Assembly (NCBI GenBank): GCA_963745035.1
Contig: CAVUVW010000014.1
Location: 960,001-1,024,000 of the forward strand
Direction of reading: 5' to 3'
DNA from: an uncultured delta proteobacterium
Lineage (GTDB): Bacteria; Desulfobacterota; Binatia; UBA9968
DNA: 64,000 bases
Shown here piece after piece: positions 19,288-28,241 of the stretch. The position numbers were made by a program, and so were the translations under genes. Each line of letters opens with the position of its first letter. Within the stretch, counting starts at the first letter, position 1. The notes under the pieces are model-generated. The model was not told where the DNA came from, did no database searches, and saw nothing but the letters and a program-made list of their open reading frames with translations.

Positions 19288-22050
19288 TCACGCGGACGAC
19301 AATGCGGACTGGACCGTTTTTACCACGGCATCGACGGAATACGGTTTGTGGATATAATCCTTGACTCCGGCGCCGAAAAGCTCGGATTTTAGTTCCGGCT
19401 CCAAATAGCCCGTAGTGACGATGATCTTGGTGGTGGGATCTTGTTTTTTCATAAACCGAATCACGTCGGCGCCGGTCACTTTAGGCAAACCGAGATCCAT
19501 CAGCACAATATCAATCTTGTCTCTGTTCTGCCGGTAAAGCTCGATGGCTTCTTCGCCATCCATGGCGATGATGCTCTGGTAACCCGCTTTCACCAGAGCG
19601 TTCGTCAAAAGCAGGACCATGGGCTGCTCGTCTTCGACAACTAAGACGGTGCCGCGATGACTCGCAGATTTTGCCGGCAGGGTGTCGCCCGTGGGACTCC
19701 CGGTCAAAGGTGACGGTTGGCTTTGCTGCACGACAGGCAGATACAGCCGAAACGTACTGCCGCGGCCGGGCTCGCTTTCAACGTCAACCACGCCGTGATG
19801 ATTCCTCATGATGCCGTAGACCATCGCGAGCCCGAGCCCCGTCCCTTCACCGAACCCCTTCGTCGTAAAAAAGGGCTCAAAAATCCGCGACCGCACGCCT
19901 TCTTCCATTCCTAATCCGTTGTCGATGATCGAGATGCAAACGTACGGATCAATCGCATCTTCCGTAACGAGGCGCTGCATTCTATCGGCCTCGATACGCT
20001 CGGTGGCAAGAATCAGCTCGCCGCCCGTAGGCATGGCATCCCGGGCATTCACGCAGATGTTGAGCAGCGCCTGGTTGATCTGATTCGAATCGGCGAGCAC
20101 CGCCGGTAGCGTAGATCCAAGGTTCAACCGCACTTCGATGGTTCTGGGAAAAATCTGCTTGATCAATTCGCTGACGCTGACAACAATGGAGTTCGCATCG
20201 GTAGGCCGCAAGAGCGTTTCTGTCTTGCGCGCCAGGGTAAGGAGCTGGCGCACCACCGACGCGCCCCGTTCAATTTCCTCATCGATGATTTTGACGCTAT
20301 CGAGAATTTGCTGGTCCGCCGGGTAGCGGGCTCTGAGCAGCATGGCATAGGCCTTGATGATGTTGAGACTGTTGTTGAAATCATGGGCGATGCCGCCGGC
20401 GAGAGTTCCGATGCTCTCCATCTTCTGCGCCTGACGAAGCTGTTGTTCCAGTTTTTTCTGGTCTTCGAGGTTTTTTACCAGAGCGGTGTTGGCCCGTTCG
20501 AGATCGGCGGTGCGCCGCTGCACGCGCCGCTCGAGCTGTTCGTTCGCTTTGAGCAAATCGTCTTTCGCTTGCGCCAGCAGTTCTTCGGAGCGTCTGCGCT
20601 CGATAAAGCGGCCCACCTGGCTGCCGATATCGCCTGTAATGCGCAGAAAATCATCGTCGAGGGCGCGGACCTCGCGGCTGAAGCATTCGATCATGCCGAC
20701 GGCTTCGCCGCCCACGTTGATCGGGAAGCCAAAGGCCGCGCGCAGTCCTTCTTGAGCGGCGAGCGGAGCCCGCGGGAAATTCCCGTCCTTTGTCACGTCG
20801 GGAATCCAGGTCGGTTCGGCGCTCTGCCACACTCTACCGGGAAGACCGACTCCGGAAGCAAACTTTCGCTGCCGGCTGTCCGCTTCGAACAAGGGAGCTT
20901 CCAGAGACGGGACTTGCCAGACCTCCAAACACGACAGTTGGTTCGCTTCTCTATCCACATACCAGAGCGCGCCGCTGCTCCATTTGGCGCGCTCGCACAG
21001 CACCTGAAGGATCTTGGAGCTGGCATTTTGGAGATCCGGAGAGTCGGCCAGAATACGACTGACCGCCTCTTGCACCTCGAGCCGCTGCTCCGTTCGTGCA
21101 TGCTCGGTAACAACGGAAGCGAGGACGAGCGCAGCCATAGCGATGGTGCCGGTAAATCCTTGCAGGTAGAGGAGAGATTGGTGGGTTTCTCCGGTCGCGA
21201 ATGGCCCGGTGCCGCGCAGAACGCCCGTCAAGGCGACGGCAAACGTGAGAAATGCGGCCGTAACCGCGCCGCGTTGACCGTATCGAAATGCTGCCCAGAG
21301 GAGCGGGAGAATAGCCAGGAATTCCAGGCCCGGACGTGTCTGGTACATGAAAGCGAAGTAGCCGGTGAGTGCGAGTGTTAGCAGAAGTCCCACGGCTTCG
21401 AGGATTCGGCTAAGCTTCAAAGTTGGATACGGCTGCGTGGCCCAAATTACCAGGACCGGACCTGCTAATAATACCCCGGTGATGTCTCCCAACCACCAAG
21501 TGAGCCAGATGTCCCCGTAACTGCTCCACGGCACATAGCCGCCAAGGGCGAGACTCGTGACGCCGAAGGTCGCGCTAACCGTGGTGCTCAGGAATGCCGC
21601 GAGCAAAACGAACTTGAAAATATTTCTTGCCCGCTCGAAAACCTTCGGACCGTTGGCGAACTGTTGAATCAGCCAAGCGCCTAAGAGACTCTCGAGCGTA
21701 TTGCCGGCGGCTATACCCAGAGTTGTGAGCAGTGTGCCTTGAGTGGTGATGTTGACCAGGAATGCGCCAAGAAATACACCCGGCCAAAGTCGATAGCCCC
21801 AAAGGAGAACGGCCGCGAAAGCCAGACCGCTCGGCGGCCAAACCATCGAGGCACTCGGATGGATGATCGCCAGCGAAAGGCCGAACTTACCGGTGATAAA
21901 ATAAAGCGCCGCGAGCGCAAGTATTGCGACCAACTCGCGCGGTTCCGGTTTTAAAGTCGTGTGTGGGCCTGCCGGCATAAGAGAACGGTGAGAAAGTTTT
22001 CCCGCCTCGCTCTTCGTTCCTTCAACCCGGGTACTGGGTAGGCCGATCAT
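19288..22050 (-). CDS. Hybrid sensor histidine kinase (MASE1-GAF-HisKA-HATPase-REC); true start may be ~21979
   Basis: VWPPSG MASE1 TMs; GVGLPGRVW GAF; GGIAHDFNN H-box; NARDAM, FEPFFTTK, GTGLGL; C-terminal receiver. Confidence 0.95.
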   Translation of the reverse strand: MIGLPSTRVEGTKSEAGKLSHRSLMPAGPHTTLKPEPRELVAILALAALYFITGKFGLSLAIIHPSASMVWPPSGLAFAAVLLWGYRLWPGVFLGAFLVNITTQGTLLTTLGIAAGNTLESLLGAWLIQQFANGPKVFERARNIFKFVLLAAFLSTTVSATFGVTSLALGGYVPWSSYGDIWLTWWLGDITGVLLAGPVLVIWATQPYPTLKLSRILEAVGLLLTLALTGYFAFMYQTRPGLEFLAILPLLWAAFRYGQRGAVTAAFLTFAVALTGVLRGTGPFATGETHQSLLYLQGFTGTIAMAALVLASVVTEHARTEQRLEVQEAVSRILADSPDLQNASSKILQVLCERAKWSSGALWYVDREANQLSCLEVWQVPSLEAPLFEADSRQRKFASGVGLPGRVWQSAEPTWIPDVTKDGNFPRAPLAAQEGLRAAFGFPINVGGEAVGMIECFSREVRALDDDFLRITGDIGSQVGRFIERRRSEELLAQAKDDLLKANEQLERRVQRRTADLERANTALVKNLEDQKKLEQQLRQAQKMESIGTLAGGIAHDFNNSLNIIKAYAMLLRARYPADQQILDSVKIIDEEIERGASVVRQLLTLARKTETLLRPTDANSIVVSVSELIKQIFPRTIEVRLNLGSTLPAVLADSNQINQALLNICVNARDAMPTGGELILATERIEADRMQRLVTEDAIDPYVCISIIDNGLGMEEGVRSRIFEPFFTTKGFGEGTGLGLAMVYGIMRNHHGVVDVESEPGRGSTFRLYLPVVQQSQPSPLTGSPTGDTLPAKSASHRGTVLVVEDEQPMVLLLTNALVKAGYQSIIAMDGEEAIELYRQNRDKIDIVLMDLGLPKVTGADVIRFMKKQDPTTKIIVTTGYLEPELKSELFGAGVKDYIHKPYSVDAVVKTVQSALSSA

Positions 22051-22069
22051 AGTCGAAGTTCAACAATCT

Positions 22070-22528
22070 TGCATCAGTATTGAACCGCGTCGACAGCTCC
22101 CAATCCCCGCAAGCGTAACAAAGCTCTCCGTGTGCCGACGGAGAAATAGGTGGTCTGCTAGGTGGCCAATGATGATGCCAAACGAAGCTTGCCACGGCAG
22201 GACGTCGAGCATGATCGTTACCGATCTTTCGAGCCGAATTCATGCACGTGCTGAAGCCAGTTGAACGCACGTTCCACCATCGACGAACCCTATGGGTGCG
22301 ATCGAGCGCGGTAATTTTCGCCACGAAGCGTTGCGTGATACCAAAATGTCGGCCTTCGAAGGCAAAAACGTCGCCGAGTTCCAATAGCCCGTGAAGGCGC
22401 CGGGCTCAACAACGCGCTCCGACGAAAACGCGGCCGATTCGAGCGTGCGGCATTCACGTCCGCGAGCAACGTCGAAGACAGCGCTCGAACGGCGCGTGGA
22501 TTCTAGTTTCGACCATGATCGCGCCCAT
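22070..22528 (-). pseudogene. SRPBCC-family protein, multiply frameshifted (3' end approximate)
   Basis: MGAIMVETRIHAPFERC..., LELGDVFAFEGRHFGITQRFVAKITALDR. Confidence 0.6.
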
Positions 22529-22537
22529 CCGGTGATG

Positions 22538-23809
22538 CTATTCCTCCGGCTTGAAATCCAGCATGCCCTGAAACTCCAAACCTTCGATCTCCTGGAGAGT
22601 TTTGCCGGCGATGCCTTGGAGGTCGCCGTACATGCCCACGGTGGCTTGCATGACGCGGTCGATTTGCTCTTCGCGCTTGGCCCATTGGCGGGTGATGGCC
22701 TTCTTTTCGCGGTCGAGGTCTTCTTTCATCGACGAAAAGGCTTCGACGAGAGCTTGAACGCGCTGGCGAAAGCGCGGACCGATGAGATAGTTGTACACCA
22801 TTTCCATTTTGGTCTGCTGGCCTTCGGACGCTTGGCGGATGCCGGCGACTTCGATCAGCGTGTGGCGCAGCGACATGGCGACGGGCAGCGCAACTTTCGG
22901 GTCGGCGACCCAGACGCCGTCGATGAAGCCGAAGGTTTCAATGTCCTTCGGCAGCGCCTGGCTGACGATCACGGCGATCTCCGCCTTGGCGGCGCGCTGG
23001 TCCTCGCGCAGCTTGGGCAGCCAGCCGTCGCTCCAATTCTTCGTCCGCTTGGATTCCCAGAGGATCGTGCCGCAGATCTGATTTGCCGGGCCAAAGACGC
23101 GGTGGAGCACGTCGCCGCCGAACTCGCCCTTGGGCACGGGGCGGATGGTATCGCGCGGAAATTTTGCCGCGAGCAGGGCTTCGAGCTCCAGTTCCAAAAC
23201 TTCGCCTTGAAGCTGCTGGGAGCCCTGCTCGGCGCGGCGTCTGAGCTCCTCGATCTGCTTTTGCATGGCGCTGATGGTCTGGTCTTTCTCCATCACCTTC
23301 AACTTCAGCTCTTCCTCGGCTTCCTTCTTGGCTTTGTCCCGCTCGGCGGCGAGATCGGCCTGGACTTTTTTCTCGATCGTTAGATCGAGCTCGCGCTTGG
23401 CGTCGTCCAACTCGCGCTGCTTACGCATCAACTCGGCCTGGGCTTGCTGGGCCTCGGCAAGCTTCGCATTATTTTGTTTCAGAATCGCCTGAAGACCCTC
23501 GATTTCTTTGACTTTCTGTTCGAGGTCGCCGCCGAGAGCGAGTTTCGCTTTATGAGCTTCTTCGGCGGCGATGCGGGTTCGTTCCTGCTGAAGCTTTTGG
23601 GCGATTTGCTGGTCCAGCGTCTGTTTCGTTTTCTCGAGCGATTGCGCTCGCTCGGTGAGGGCGTGCTCGCGCTTGGCGATATCGGCGTCCTTCTGCATCA
23701 TGCGGCGCTCGTAATCTTGCCGCACGGATTCGAGCAGCGGCGCGGCGAGCGATTCCGTCAGCTTGATTTCGGATCTGCACTGCGGACAAAAAACCGTGGG
23801 CTCGGTCAT
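22538..23809 (-). CDS. DUF2130 domain protein
   Basis: N-terminal CPQC..IKLTESLA, coiled coil, QGSQQLQGEVLELELE, ILWESKRTKNWSDGW nuclease-like motif. Confidence 0.88.
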   Translation of the reverse strand: MTEPTVFCPQCRSEIKLTESLAAPLLESVRQDYERRMMQKDADIAKREHALTERAQSLEKTKQTLDQQIAQKLQQERTRIAAEEAHKAKLALGGDLEQKVKEIEGLQAILKQNNAKLAEAQQAQAELMRKQRELDDAKRELDLTIEKKVQADLAAERDKAKKEAEEELKLKVMEKDQTISAMQKQIEELRRRAEQGSQQLQGEVLELELEALLAAKFPRDTIRPVPKGEFGGDVLHRVFGPANQICGTILWESKRTKNWSDGWLPKLREDQRAAKAEIAVIVSQALPKDIETFGFIDGVWVADPKVALPVAMSLRHTLIEVAGIRQASEGQQTKMEMVYNYLIGPRFRQRVQALVEAFSSMKEDLDREKKAITRQWAKREEQIDRVMQATVGMYGDLQGIAGKTLQEIEGLEFQGMLDFKPEE

Positions 23810-23853
23810 GACTCACTCCAAGATCGCGGGTTTCTGTAGCTGCCCGACGAACT

Positions 23854-23934
23854 CACCGCGGAGGCGCAGAGCACGCCGAGAGGAGTTTCCCATAAAGATT
23901 TTCCGAACTCCGCGAGCTCTGTGCCTCCGCGGTA
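23854..23934. repeat. REP-like palindrome family A
   Basis: CACCGCGGAGGCGCAGAG ... CTCTGTGCCTCCGCGGT inverted arms; related copies at 25654, 46043, 49426. Confidence 0.75.
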
Positions 23935-23985
23935 AAATGTCTTTTTCAATCTCACTTGCGGCTTCGCCGCGCCAGCTACTTGTGG

Positions 23986-24405
23986 TTAGATCCTCTTTAC
24001 CGTCTGCGGGCCGACTTTTTCGATGTTGACGCGGATGATCACGCGCTTCTCGTCTACCATCTGTTTTTTGTATTCGTCCCAGTTTTTGTGCTCGCCGCGC
24101 ACCTGCTTGTACCAGTAAACCAGGGTGTCCATCGCCTCGGGCAGATCGATGATCTCCGCCGTGCCGTGGACCTGCACGAACTTCGAGCCGCTGTATTGCT
24201 CGCCGAAGATGAGCATGGAAACCCGCGGGTCGCGGCGGAGGTGCTTGACTTTATACGTCGTGCCGCGCGAGGTGAGGATCACTCTACCCTGAGCGTCGAT
24301 GCCGGGCGTGACGAGCGTCATCTGCGGCCACCCGTCTTTTTGCCGGACCGCGATACAGGCCCGGTGGTTTTGTTGCAAGAATTTTTGCGCATCGGCGATT
24401 TCCAT
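23986..24405 (-). CDS. PPOX-class (F420-dependent-like) oxidoreductase
   Basis: DGWPQMT, KVKHLRRDPRVS, VQVHGTAEI. Confidence 0.85.
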   Translation of the reverse strand: MEIADAQKFLQQNHRACIAVRQKDGWPQMTLVTPGIDAQGRVILTSRGTTYKVKHLRRDPRVSMLIFGEQYSGSKFVQVHGTAEIIDLPEAMDTLVYWYKQVRGEHKNWDEYKKQMVDEKRVIIRVNIEKVGPQTVKRI

Positions 24406-24426
24406 GTGGTCTCCTTTCAATTTCTT

Positions 24427-24666
24427 CTATCCATGCCCGTTGGTGCCCCAGGTTCGGCCGTCGATCCATAGTTTTGCCAGCTCAAGGGCGTAGGCGTCCG
24501 CCTGCCTCTGGGTGTCAAAAGTGCCGCGGCGCCGGCCGAAAATCGGAATGCGCTTTTCTTTTTTGCCTTCGACGATCACGATGGTTGCCCGCGCCATCCA
24601 TTCGCGCGCGCGAATCCTATCGGACTCAAGCTCCACCCGATGACCGCGGTAGGTTTTTATCCGCAT
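24427..24666 (-). CDS. Hypothetical protein
   Basis: YRGHRVELES..TFDTQRQADAYALELAKLWIDG; fits the operon. Confidence 0.6.
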   Translation of the reverse strand: MRIKTYRGHRVELESDRIRAREWMARATIVIVEGKKEKRIPIFGRRRGTFDTQRQADAYALELAKLWIDGRTWGTNGHG

Positions 24667-24677
24667 GATTCGAAATC

Positions 24678-24772
24678 AGTTTCTCGTTCCTAGTTTCTGG
24701 TTTCTAGTTGTCGGACACAATCATGCGCTAGTTCTGAAACACTAGAAACTCGAAACTTGGAACTAGAAACTA
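24678..24772. repeat. Inverted arrays of heptamer tandem repeats (GTTTCTA / TAGAAAC)
   Basis: About four degenerate units in each arm, in opposite orientation. Confidence 0.7.
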
Positions 24773-25600
24773 AATACTGGCTTTCCCGCCGTTGAGCTTG
24801 ATGCCCAATTTCGCCATCGCTTCCACGATCGGGATGTCCGCGCCGAGACTTTTGCCGACCTCGGCCGCGAGCGGCAGATCTTTATCGTAGAGATTCGTGC
24901 CCGGATTGAATCGCAGCTCGCCGCCGGCGAAGTCGTAGCGCGTGTCCCAGCGATCCAGGATGTGCTGCGACTTGGTTTTCTGCATCAGATCGAGGGCCGC
25001 TTTGTAGTCGACGCCGCCGGCCTTGGCGATCTGCAGCGCTTCGTAGACGATCAGCGCCTCGGAGGCGGTCACCATGTTCTTGAACAGTTTGGTGACGTTG
25101 CCGCAGCCGAGCGGTCCCATGTGGACGGCGTCCTTGGCCATGTTGAGCAAGTGCGGCTTGGCGCGCTGGAAAAACGCTTTTTGGCCGCCGACGAGGAAGG
25201 TCAAGCCGCCCTGGCGCACGACGCTGGGCACCGCGGTCATGCAGGCGTCGATGACGTTGACCCGCTTGTCCGCGGCGAGCTCGGCGACTTTCTTGGTCGT
25301 CGTCGGGCGAATCGTGCTGTGGAGCAGCACCAGCGCGCCCGGCGCGGCGCCTTCGAGAACGCCGTCGTTGCCGAGCATGCACTCGAGAACTTCCTGATCG
25401 GTGCGCACGACCACGTCGATGATCGTCGCGTTCTGCGCCACGGCCTTGGCGGATGGAGCGGTCTCGGCGCCTTCGGCGCGGGCGGCTTCCATGGCTTTAG
25501 GCGCGATGTCGAACGCCAATGCCTGAACGTTGGCCAATTTCAAACGCGACAAGAGCGCGCTGCCCATCGCCCCGGTTCCCACAAAGCCGATCTTTTCCAT
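24770..25600 (-). CDS. NAD(P)-dependent oxidoreductase, 3-hydroxyisobutyrate dehydrogenase family
   Basis: IGFVGTGAMG, HSTI.P, GPLGCG..TKL..N, KDLPLA. Confidence 0.9.
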   Translation of the reverse strand: MEKIGFVGTGAMGSALLSRLKLANVQALAFDIAPKAMEAARAEGAETAPSAKAVAQNATIIDVVVRTDQEVLECMLGNDGVLEGAAPGALVLLHSTIRPTTTKKVAELAADKRVNVIDACMTAVPSVVRQGGLTFLVGGQKAFFQRAKPHLLNMAKDAVHMGPLGCGNVTKLFKNMVTASEALIVYEALQIAKAGGVDYKAALDLMQKTKSQHILDRWDTRYDFAGGELRFNPGTNLYDKDLPLAAEVGKSLGADIPIVEAMAKLGIKLNGGKASI

Positions 25601-25653
25601 TTTAGTTACCTCCAGTTTTTGTCTTTCAAGGGCTTCCCCACAAAGGTCACAAC

Positions 25654-25738
25654 CACCGCAGAGGCGCAGAGCTCGCAGAGTTCGGAAAGTTTATCGATGG
25701 TCAACTCTTATCTCCGCGTACTTTGCGCCTCTGTGGTG
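25654..25738. repeat. REP-like palindrome family A
   Basis: CACCGCAGAGGCGCAGAG ... CTTTGCGCCTCTGTGGTG. Confidence 0.75.
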
Positions 25739-25795
25739 AGATTTCCAAACCCCGAGCGCCGGCAAATCCGCGCAGCTTATGAAATTGGTAAAATC

Positions 25796-26806
25796 TCAAT
25801 TCGCTCCGCTCAAGTTCGGCATTACGTGCCGGTGAAACAACTCCACGGAGCGCAGCGATTCCGCCAACGATAGATCGCCGAAGGCGAATTGGCCGACCAG
25901 ATAGTTGGCCGCCGACTCGTCGATCTGCGCCTGAAGAAATCTCAAAACCGCGTCGGGCTCGCCCGCGATCGCGTGGCCGATCGCCATCATCTTGTCGAAC
26001 GTCTCGGGGCGCGGGTGGGTCGGCTTGCCGCCGCGAATGGAATAGAGAAAATAAAAATGGCGGTGCCAGATCGGGTAAGCGCGCCGGGCCGCGGCGAGGG
26101 CTTCTTCGCCGTCTTCGGCAATCACGATGAAGCGGCTTTGGCCCAACTTCGCCGTCGGCGCGGCGCCGTGCAACTCACGCCAAACCCGGCGGTAGCGCTC
26201 GTTGTACGCGCGCGTGTCTTTTGCCGCGTCGAGGCTGATCATGTTGAGTCCTTGGCGCGCCGCGCGCTCGGCCGCCTCCACCGAGTGCACGCCGTACCAC
26301 ATCGGCGGATGGGGTTTTTGCAGCGGCTCGAGCTCCATCGGAATATCTTGGAAGGTGAAAAATTTTCCTTCGAAGGTCAGGCGCTTTTGCGTCAGGCCTT
26401 GCAGGATCAACGCCCGCGCCTCGGTGTAAATATCTTGCGCTTGCGCGGGGTCCTGGCCGTAAAAAGAAACTTCGGTCGGGGACGAGCCGCGGCCGAAGCC
26501 GATCTCGAGGCGCCCGCCGCTCAATTGATCGACCATGCAGATCTCTTCGATGAGCCGGAGCGGATGGTGCAAGGGCAGGGCGTAGACCATGGGTCCGAAG
26601 CGCAGCGTCTTCGTCCGTTGCGCGATGGCGGCGAGAAACACGCTCGGCGAAGGCGCCATGCCGATCGGCGTCGAGTGATGCTCGGCCACGTGATAGGCAT
26701 AAAAACCGGCGCGCTCGTAGGCTTCGATCAGCTTGAGGCGCGCTTCGTAAAATTCGTGCAGCGGCAGGTGGTTGCGATCCAGGTGGTCGAAGATGCCGAA
26801 TTCCAT
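25796..26806 (-). CDS. LLM-class flavin-dependent oxidoreductase
   Basis: AEHHSTP..PSP, DQLSGGRLEIGFGRG, PLQKPHPP. Confidence 0.92.
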   Translation of the reverse strand: MEFGIFDHLDRNHLPLHEFYEARLKLIEAYERAGFYAYHVAEHHSTPIGMAPSPSVFLAAIAQRTKTLRFGPMVYALPLHHPLRLIEEICMVDQLSGGRLEIGFGRGSSPTEVSFYGQDPAQAQDIYTEARALILQGLTQKRLTFEGKFFTFQDIPMELEPLQKPHPPMWYGVHSVEAAERAARQGLNMISLDAAKDTRAYNERYRRVWRELHGAAPTAKLGQSRFIVIAEDGEEALAAARRAYPIWHRHFYFLYSIRGGKPTHPRPETFDKMMAIGHAIAGEPDAVLRFLQAQIDESAANYLVGQFAFGDLSLAESLRSVELFHRHVMPNLSGAN

Positions 26807-26925
26807 CTCAGGCCGGATATATCGTGAATCCGCGCCAAATCAAAGGATGCAATTGGAATTCGGCGATCTTGTGCTGCAGGTTTCCAAGCATCTTGCCGCT
26901 GCCGACGCTTGGAACGTCTGAACAA

Positions 26926-27987
26926 TCAATCCAGGCTGTAAAACTTTCGCGGATTGTTATCGAGAATCTTCTCCACCGCCGCGGCGGCGATCCGTCGGTC
27001 GTTGCGCAGCAAATGAACCGCGTCGAGCTCGGTGGATGGGTCGTGATGGCCGTAGTCGGTGCCGATCATCAGACGATCCTCGCCGGCGTGAGCCAAGACG
27101 TAGGGCAGATCGTCGGTGTTCTCGCACGCCACCCACATGTTGTTGGCGGCGAGCGCGTCGCTTGGAAAAGGCTTGCCCTGGCGGCGGTAGCGGTCGGCGA
27201 GATCGTTCAGCACGTAGGGGACCCATTGGGCGCTCACTTCGACGAAACCCCAACGCACCTTGGGAAATTTCCCGGGCAGCTCTTTTTCGATCAACGTGTG
27301 GCAGGCGCCGACCACCGCCAGCTTGAATTTGGTAAAGCTGGTGTCGTCGGCGAAAAAGTCGTGATGGAGGAAGCTGCCGTTGGCGGAGTGAACGCAGACG
27401 GGCAGATCGAGATCCGTCGCGATCTGCCAGAGCGGATAAAAGTAAGGATGACCGAGCGAGCGCTCGCATTCGAGCCCGCGCATGAAAATACCGCAGGCGC
27501 CGTTGTCTTTGGCCCGCTCGAGCTCGTCTCGCACGGCCGACGGCGTTTTTTCGAGTAATCGGAGCGGCGGTTTCGCCACCCAGCGCAAGCGGCCCCCGCC
27601 TTGGCGCCAGAGATCGCCCATCCAGCGGTTGTAGGACTTGCAGAGCGCGCGCTCACGCTCGGCTTCCTGCACGATCGGCCGGAGAAACAGCGTCGGATAC
27701 AGCACCTGGATCTCGATGCCGAGCTTGTCCATGTGCGCGAGGCGCGCCTCGACGCTCAGCATTTCGCGAGATTCCTGGGACGTGTTGGTGCCGACATTGC
27801 GGTCTTTGCCGTGCGCCCGGCCTTCGATCACCCAGAAGTCGCGCACCGCGGCGCCTTCGTTACTGAGCAGGTCCGCTCCGAAGCTCTGTGTCATGAGCTG
27901 CGGCGTGAAGCGCCGTTCGCGCTCTTCCAGATAGCTCCAGGTCTGCACCGTCTCGATCACATGGGCATCGGCATCGATCGCTCCCAT
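26926..27987 (-). CDS. Amidohydrolase_2 family protein
   Basis: IDADAHV, QVLYPT, YNRWM, IGTDYGHHD. Confidence 0.9.
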   Translation of the reverse strand: MGAIDADAHVIETVQTWSYLEERERRFTPQLMTQSFGADLLSNEGAAVRDFWVIEGRAHGKDRNVGTNTSQESREMLSVEARLAHMDKLGIEIQVLYPTLFLRPIVQEAERERALCKSYNRWMGDLWRQGGGRLRWVAKPPLRLLEKTPSAVRDELERAKDNGACGIFMRGLECERSLGHPYFYPLWQIATDLDLPVCVHSANGSFLHHDFFADDTSFTKFKLAVVGACHTLIEKELPGKFPKVRWGFVEVSAQWVPYVLNDLADRYRRQGKPFPSDALAANNMWVACENTDDLPYVLAHAGEDRLMIGTDYGHHDPSTELDAVHLLRNDRRIAAAAVEKILDNNPRKFYSLD

Positions 27988-28241
27988 CGAAATTCTCCTG
28001 CGCGAGCGGTCCGCTTACGCCGCCCGCTCCTCACCATGACATTGCGACAATTCTCAACCTGAGGCAGGTCTTAGCATGATCGCTTTGAAGCGATCAATCG
28101 TAGAACAATGGGTCGATGCGCGTCGCCGCTTGTGCCGGCCAGGGGGGCTGAACCGTTCGCGTTGACCTGCTAAAGTAATCTTCCGGTATGCCGTGCGTCT
28201 AACCACCGTTGCTGCGCGTGCAACGCTGAGCCAGGAAAACA